Shown here: one piece after another, positions 18,032 through 24,000 of the stretch
How positions within the stretch are numbered: the first letter of the stretch is position 1
Layout of the letters: the number at the start of each line of letters is the position of its first letter
Program-made: the position numbers and the translations under genes
The notes under the pieces: generated by a model
Database searches by the model: none
The model's input: only the letters and a program-made list of their open reading frames with translations
Told to the model about the DNA's origin: nothing
Assembly: GCF_048162985.1 (NCBI RefSeq)
Contig: NZ_CP182371.1
Source: Escherichia coli
Lineage (GTDB): Bacteria; Pseudomonadota; Gammaproteobacteria; Enterobacterales; Enterobacteriaceae
Direction: 5' to 3' (one strand)
Length of the DNA stretch: 24,000 nt

Positions 18032-19615
18032 TTAAGGTTTCGGGTCGAAAATATCGGTTCCGAGATGGTTGTAATCCACCTTCTGTAACTGGAAGTTGGT
18101 GATGTATATCGGCCCGGCTTTCTTCTCAGATATAAACGGGTATTTGATGTTAATTTCCTTCGCTTTAATTCCCGTCCACTGGGAGAAAAAGCCTAAGAAG
18201 TCATTGGCAGAGCGGCGGGCTTTAATCACCCGATGCGCTTTATCGTCGCTCGAAATGACCATAAAAGGCACCTGGAAATTTTGCTGATATTTATCATCAT
18301 GGGCAAGGTATTGCACGTCTTTGCCGCGCTCTTTAAAGGCCAGACCGTGGTCAGAAAAGTAAACCAGCGAGAAGCTGCTGCCGCTGTTGCGTAACTGATC
18401 GTACAGCTTACGCAGTAAATCGTCTGTTTGCGTCATGGTATAGAGATAGCACGACGTTTCTTTCGATTGCACAAAGGTTTCGTATTTGCCTTGTGTCCTG
18501 TCGCAGGCCTGCGGATGCGAGCCCATCAGATGTAAAACAATCAGCTGCGGTTGCGAGTGCTCTTGTGCCAGCACTTGAGCGGTCATATCCAGTAACGCTT
18601 CGTCTTTCGTGTTTTTATCTGCTTCAAAATTACCTTCTTTCAGGAAGTACACTTCATCTGCACGTTTGGCGATGCTGGCGATGGCGGTATCGTATTCGCC
18701 GATTTGGCCCTGGTTGGAAAACCACCAGGTCTGGAAGCCCGCGCGATTTGCCAGGGTGACAAAGTTATCCTGAAACTGTGGTTTGCCATCGACTACGCGA
18801 TTGAGCGTTAAGCCAAGCGATTTCTGCGTGGAGCCACTGGCGGCAATGTAGTCAGCAAATATCAAACCGTTAACACTGCTGGCAAACGGGGTATTGTCCC
18901 AGTGACCGCCAAAGGCACCGAGGGCATCGCGACGCGCGCTTTCACCGATCACCACCACATAGGTCTGATATTTCGGCTTAACGGCAGTGACCGTCCAGGT
19001 ATCTTTCATTCCGGAAAGTTTTGCCATCCGTTCTTGCTCTTCAATCACCTCGTTATTATTGACGATGACATCCTTAGCAAAACGAAATACCGGATAGCCG
19101 GTATCTTTCAGTTTAAATACGCCGCCCCAGGCCAGGTTTTGCATGGGAGCAACAAAAAATGTCGCCACACTGAATACCAGACACAGGCTGTCGAAGGTAT
19201 TCCAGCGCGCTTTTTCATTCTCTTTTTTTCGCCTGATTGCTATTAAGCCGAGCGCAAAAATAAATAAGCCGACCAGGTAGCTGTACCACGGAAAAATCGT
19301 CAGGATTTCGGTCGACTCTTCCATATTGGTGGAGTGCAATGCCAGCAATGTATTGAAATTAGGCGCGCCGTAGGCCTGAGCAAAAGGGAAATAACAAGCC
19401 GCCACCAGCGAACTGACACCGACCAGAACTTTTTGTACGCGAGGCAATGTTCGCCATAGCAAAAGCAACATAGCCGTAAACGCAGCGGTGTAGAGCAAAC
19501 TGAAGGGATAACCTAAGCCGAGGTTAATTAATAGCGACTGTAAAAAGTAGAACGCAGTCCACGGGCTAAATACCCGGCTACGGGTAACAAGCGATTCTTT
19601 GAGGGTTAAATTCAT
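18032..19615 (-). CDS. opgE: Phosphoethanolamine transferase family protein YbiP/OpgE
   Basis: 527 aa; N-terminal transmembrane region and sulfatase-like domain (YVVVIGESARRDALGAFGGHWDNTPF; HLMGSHPQACDR; YFSDHG). Confidence 0.92.
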   Translation of the reverse strand: MNLTLKESLVTRSRVFSPWTAFYFLQSLLINLGLGYPFSLLYTAAFTAMLLLLWRTLPRVQKVLVGVSSLVAACYFPFAQAYGAPNFNTLLALHSTNMEESTEILTIFPWYSYLVGLFIFALGLIAIRRKKENEKARWNTFDSLCLVFSVATFFVAPMQNLAWGGVFKLKDTGYPVFRFAKDVIVNNNEVIEEQERMAKLSGMKDTWTVTAVKPKYQTYVVVIGESARRDALGAFGGHWDNTPFASSVNGLIFADYIAASGSTQKSLGLTLNRVVDGKPQFQDNFVTLANRAGFQTWWFSNQGQIGEYDTAIASIAKRADEVYFLKEGNFEADKNTKDEALLDMTAQVLAQEHSQPQLIVLHLMGSHPQACDRTQGKYETFVQSKETSCYLYTMTQTDDLLRKLYDQLRNSGSSFSLVYFSDHGLAFKERGKDVQYLAHDDKYQQNFQVPFMVISSDDKAHRVIKARRSANDFLGFFSQWTGIKAKEINIKYPFISEKKAGPIYITNFQLQKVDYNHLGTDIFDPKP

Positions 19616-19886
19616 ATGCCACTATCGTAACAAACGCCATGTGCTTACCCTGGCGTCAAGGGTCAATACCTGCAAGAGTGCGTGGAGAGGGGAAAGGGGT
19701 CCGCATCCGCGAGCCGCAATATACGCAGGGCTGCAAGAAGATAGAGCGCGCCGCCGTTCAGGTCAACTACTGACGAACAAATCTTTTGCGAAGGGGATTG
19801 CAAATCCGACAAAAAGTGGGGTTTTTCAGACCAAAACGCGTTGTGCCTGCATAAAAGCAGGAGTGAAGCGGCGTACCGTGACGCCG

Positions 19887-20015
19887 CTATTTATCGGAAG
19901 GTTTATCTTGCTGCGGTTTGTTGTTGACCATATCGCACAACATAGAGAGCAGCATTAACCGTACTTTAAAGGGAGAATGACTAAACACGCGCATACACCT
20001 CTTGAACTCATTCAT
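19887..20015 (-). CDS. mntS: MntS small protein (42 aa), manganese homeostasis
   Basis: Manual reverse-strand translation: MNEFKRCMRVFSHSPFKVRLMLLSMLCDMVNNKPQQDKPSDK*. Absent from the ORF track because it is short. Confidence 0.96.
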   Translation of the reverse strand: MNEFKRCMRVFSHSPFKVRLMLLSMLCDMVNNKPQQDKPSDK

Positions 20016-20071
20016 AAGACCTCCTGACTTGCTAATCCCGTCGATCCTTGAGGGATGATTGCATTACATAC

Positions 20072-20093
20072 AGATATAGCACAGGCTATATTA
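20072..20093. promoter_or_regulatory. MntR box upstream of mntS
   Basis: AGATATAGCACAGGCTATATTA, with TATAGC/GCTATA inverted arms and the same register as the box upstream of sitA. Confidence 0.75.
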
Positions 20094-20200
20094 TATAGCT
20101 ATTGCTAAAACGTTAATTTTTTGTACCTTCGCAACTCTGGTTTACAATGTGCGCACGAAATGAGAACGCTATGTATGCGTCACCATAATGAGGAAGCACA

Positions 20201-20668
20201 ATGAGTCGTCGCGCAGGTACGCCAACAGCAAAAAAAGTGACGCAGTTAGTGAACGTGGAAGAGCACGTTGAAGGGTTCCGCCAGGTCAGAGAGGCGCATC
20301 GGCGCGAGCTTATTGATGATTACGTTGAGCTGATTTCTGACTTGATCAGGGAAGTGGGGGAAGCTCGTCAGGTAGACATGGCTGCTCGTTTGGGAGTTTC
20401 GCAACCGACGGTGGCTAAAATGCTTAAGCGACTGGCAACCATGGGGCTGATTGAAATGATCCCCTGGCGTGGCGTGTTTTTAACGGCAGAAGGAGAGAAG
20501 CTGGCGCAGGAAAGCCGCGAGCGACATCAGATAGTCGAAAATTTCTTGTTGGTGTTGGGCGTCAGTCCGGAAATCGCCCGTCGCGACGCGGAAGGCATGG
20601 AGCACCATGTTAGTGAAGAGACGCTCGACGCTTTTCGTTTGTTTACCCAGAAACACGGTGCCAAATGA
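20201..20668 (+). CDS. mntR: Manganese-responsive transcriptional regulator
   Basis: 155-aa DtxR-family protein [48 protein letters not shown]... Confidence 0.97.
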
Positions 20669-21783
20669 GCCTGCCTTTTTTACGCACGCTGCAAGGCGAT
20701 CGTTTTTTTCAGTTATTAATTCTTGTTGGTATCGGATTAAGCTTTTTCGTGCCTTTTGCACCGAAATCCTGGCCTGCTGCTATCGACTGGCACACCATCA
20801 TCACCTTAAGCGGCCTGATGCTGCTGACCAAAGGTGTGGAGTTAAGCGGTTATTTTGATGTGCTGGGGCGCAAAATGGTGCGCCGCTTTGCTACGGAGCG
20901 TCGGCTGGCGATGTTTATGGTGCTGGCGGCGGCGCTGCTTTCTACCTTTCTGACCAACGATGTCGCGCTGTTTATTGTTGTTCCGCTGACTATCACGCTA
21001 AAAAGACTGTGTGAGATCCCGGTTAATCGGCTGATTATTTTTGAAGCGCTGGCAGTCAACGCTGGTTCGCTACTGACGCCAATTGGCAACCCGCAAAATA
21101 TTCTTATCTGGGGACGTTCTGGTCTTTCGTTTGCCGGATTTATTGCCCAAATGGCACCACTGGCTGGCGCAATGATGCTGACGCTCCTGCTCCTGTGCTG
21201 GTGTTGTTTCCCTGGAAAGGCACTGCAATACCATACGGGGGTGCAAACTCCGGAGTGGAAACCGCGGCTGGTGTGGAGTTGTCTGGGGCTGTATATCGTC
21301 TTTCTGACGGCGCTGGAGTTAAAACAAGAGCTGTGGGGACTGGTGATTGTGGCGGCGGGCTTTGCGCTGCTGGCACGTCGCGTGGTGCTCAGTGTGGACT
21401 GGACGCTGCTGCTGGTGTTTATGGCGATGTTTATCGACGTCCATTTACTGACCCAGCTTCCAGCGTTGCAAGGTGTGTTGGGTAACGTGAGTCATTTATC
21501 TGAACCCGGGTTATGGTTAACGGCAATCGGTTTATCGCAGGTGATCAGTAACGTGCCGAGTACCATTTTGCTGCTCAATTATGTACCGCCGTCTTTATTA
21601 CTGGCATGGGCGGTAAACGTGGGGGGCTTTGGTTTATTACCCGGATCGCTGGCAAATTTGATTGCGTTACGGATGGCGAACGATCGCCGTATCTGGTGGC
21701 GTTTCCATCTCTATTCAATACCGATGCTGTTGTGGGCGGCGCTGGTGGGATACGTTTTATTCGTTATGCTCCCGGCCTGGTAG
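20665..21783 (+). CDS. ybiR: Putative inner membrane transporter YbiR (ArsB/NhaD-like)
   Basis: 372 aa, overlaps the mntR stop. [57 protein letters not shown]... Confidence 0.94.
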
Positions 21784-21795
21784 GATCTGGCAAAT

Positions 21796-21827
21796 AAAAA
21801 AGGCGGATGATGAGTCCGCCTCTGTTT
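21796..21827. terminator. Rho-independent terminator between ybiR and ldtB
   Basis: AAAAAAGGCGGATGATGAGTCCGCCTCTGTTTT: GGCGGA/TCCGCC stem. Confidence 0.85.
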
Positions 21828-21840
21828 TACGTTTTGACGA

Positions 21841-22761
21841 TTAATTCAGACGAACCGGCATCCCGGAACGATTTTTGATCGCTTCATCCAGAACAACCTG
21901 GTCAACATCAGGCTGACCGGTCACTGTCTGCACACTCTTCGTCAGGGTAATTGGCACAATTTCCTGACCTTCAAACTGGGCTTCGGTGGTAGACAGCGGA
22001 TTATGGACTTCAATATAACGGCTGCCGTCTGGCTCGGTGGTCGCTTTTACCGGCTCATCAATAAACTGTACGCGAGTACCGACCGGCACTTTCTCGAACA
22101 GGAATTTGATGTCTTCGTTACGCAGGCGCACACAACCATGACTTACGCGCAGGCCGATACCGAAGTTGGCGTTGGTGCCATGGATAGCGTACAGGCGACC
22201 GATGTAGAGTGCATACAGACCCATCGGGTTATCCGGACCTGCCGGAACGACAGCCGGAAGCGGTTCGCCCGCAGCGCGGTACTCTGCGTGCATTTTAGCG
22301 GTTGGCGTCCAGGTCGGGCCTGCTTTCTTACGCTCAACTTTGGTGGTCCAGTTGATAGGCGTGTCTTTGCCTAACTGACCAATGCCGATCGGCAGCACGA
22401 TAACGGTGTTGGTTCCTTTCGGATAGTAATACAGACGCATCTCTGCACTGTTAATGACGATGCCTTCATGAACGGTATCCGGCAGGATCAGCTGCTGCGG
22501 AATGTTCAGTACAGTACCGCCTTTCGGCAGGAAGGTATCCACACCCGGGTTCGCTTCCATCATATTGGAAAGCCCCATCTGGTACTCGGCGGCAAAATAC
22601 TCCAGCGGCTGAGTGTTACCTTCAGGAATGGTGATCACCTGATTCTGACCAACCAGGCGACTCCCGTCGGTTGGCAGAGGATAAGTTACCGCAGAGGCGG
22701 TACTGCAAAAGCCGACAACAGCGAAGGCCGCTGCGAATAATGTTTTCAATTTCATATTCAT
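21841..22761 (-). CDS. ldtB: L,D-transpeptidase LdtB (YbiS)
   Basis: 306 aa; signal peptide, LysM-like segment and YkuD catalytic motif [21 protein letters not shown]. Confidence 0.96.
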
Positions 22762-22979
22762 GTTAAGCGAGATTTTGTGCCTGGCAGGCCATTGGGTTGA
22801 GAATATTAGAGTATTGGAAGCGCATTATAAGTTCATTCCTGCTCACAGTGAAATCAGATGTGTACGAAATCACATTTTTTGCCTTTGGCTTGAGTGTAGA
22901 CCTTAAGCGAGGAGCAGGATCTTCTTTCAGACTTATGGCATAATGCGCGGTTTGTCATATCTCTTTTCAGGATACGCCT

Positions 22980-24000
22980 GTGTTAGTTTCCAGTAACGTC
23001 ACCATGCAGTTCGGCAGTAAGCCGTTGTTTGAAAACATTTCCGTCAAATTTGGCGGCGGCAACCGTTACGGCCTGATTGGCGCGAACGGTAGTGGTAAAT
23101 CCACCTTTATGAAGATCCTCGGCGGCGACTTAGAGCCGACGTTGGGTAACGTTTCCCTCGATCCCAACGAGCGCATTGGTAAGCTGCGTCAGGATCAGTT
23201 TGCCTTTGAAGAGTTCACTGTGTTGGATACGGTGATCATGGGGCATAAAGAGTTGTGGGAAGTGAAACAGGAGCGTGACCGCATCTATGCTTTGCCGGAA
23301 ATGAGTGAAGAAGACGGCTATAAAGTGGCCGATCTGGAAGTGAAATACGGCGAAATGGACGGTTACTCTGCGGAAGCTCGCGCCGGTGAACTGTTGCTTG
23401 GCGTGGGAATTCCAGTGGAACAGCACTACGGCCCGATGAGTGAAGTTGCTCCTGGCTGGAAGCTGCGTGTGCTGCTGGCGCAGGCGCTGTTTGCTGATCC
23501 AGACATTCTCCTGCTCGACGAACCGACCAACAACCTCGACATCGACACCATTCGTTGGCTGGAACAGGTGCTGAACGAGCGTGACAGCACCATGATCATC
23601 ATCTCGCACGACCGTCACTTCCTTAACATGGTTTGTACCCACATGGCGGATCTGGATTACGGCGAGCTGCGCGTTTATCCAGGTAACTACGATGAGTACA
23701 TGACGGCGGCGACCCAGGCGCGTGAGCGTCTGCTGGCTGATAACGCCAAGAAGAAAGCGCAGATTGCTGAGCTGCAATCTTTCGTTAGCCGCTTTAGCGC
23801 CAACGCCTCGAAATCTCGCCAGGCAACTTCGCGCGCGCGCCAGATTGATAAAATCAAACTGGAAGAGGTGAAAGCCTCCAGCCGTCAGAACCCGTTCATC
23901 CGTTTTGAACAGGATAAGAAACTGTTCCGTAACGCGCTGGAAGTGGAAGGTCTGACCAAAGGGTTTGATAACGGTCCACTGTTTAAAAATCTCAACCTGC
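22980..24000 (+). CDS. ybiT: ABC-F family ATPase YbiT, partial, runs off the right window edge
   Basis: GTG start; reads (V/M)[48 protein letters not shown]...[20 protein letters not shown]...[11 protein letters not shown]. Not in the track because it is incomplete. Confidence 0.95.
   Translation, partial: MLVSSNVTMQFGSKPLFENISVKFGGGNRYGLIGANGSGKSTFMKILGGDLEPTLGNVSLDPNERIGKLRQDQFAFEEFTVLDTVIMGHKELWEVKQERDRIYALPEMSEEDGYKVADLEVKYGEMDGYSAEARAGELLLGVGIPVEQHYGPMSEVAPGWKLRVLLAQALFADPDILLLDEPTNNLDIDTIRWLEQVLNERDSTMIIISHDRHFLNMVCTHMADLDYGELRVYPGNYDEYMTAATQARERLLADNAKKKAQIAELQSFVSRFSANASKSRQATSRARQIDKIKLEEVKASSRQNPFIRFEQDKKLFRNALEVEGLTKGFDNGPLFKNLNL

Noticed and set aside
23130-23777. 215-aa minus-strand ORF
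   Set aside because: Antisense to ybiT, whose ABC-F motifs clearly define the true coding frame.

Overview
This window looks like an E. coli-type chromosome in two parts. Positions ~1-14.2 kb are an accessory genomic island. It holds a partial IS2, an Rpn/YhgA-like PD-(D/E)XK protein with a 12-bp tandem repeat, IS66-family remnants around an intact sitA plus a truncated sitB, a DoxX-family protein, a YraP/DolP-like BON lipoprotein, a Hra/Hek/Tia-type outer-membrane protein, a compact three-gene AT-rich cassette ending in an EcsC-like protein, a frameshifted ISAs1-family transposase, a TPR-like protein and a P4-like tyrosine integrase. Positions ~14.25-24 kb are core backbone: glnH, dps, rhtA, ompX, opgE/ybiP, mntS, mntR, ybiR, ldtB/ybiS and the start of ybiT. 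The integrase end of the island lies directly downstream of glnH, where glnP is normally found, so the glnHPQ operon appears split. The best candidates for something under-described are: (a) the uncharacterised cassette at 9015-10398 (117-aa ORF, zinc-ribbon ORF, EcsC-like ORF); (b) the Rpn-like gene with a well-placed in-frame internal start that could encode a 108-aa C-terminal protein, analogous to Rpn intragenic antitoxins; (c) three GATC sites packed next to a -10-like element upstream of the Hra/Tia-like gene; (d) an orphan sitA with both MntR-type and Fur-type operators. All identifications come from recognition of the sequence. No database search was run.
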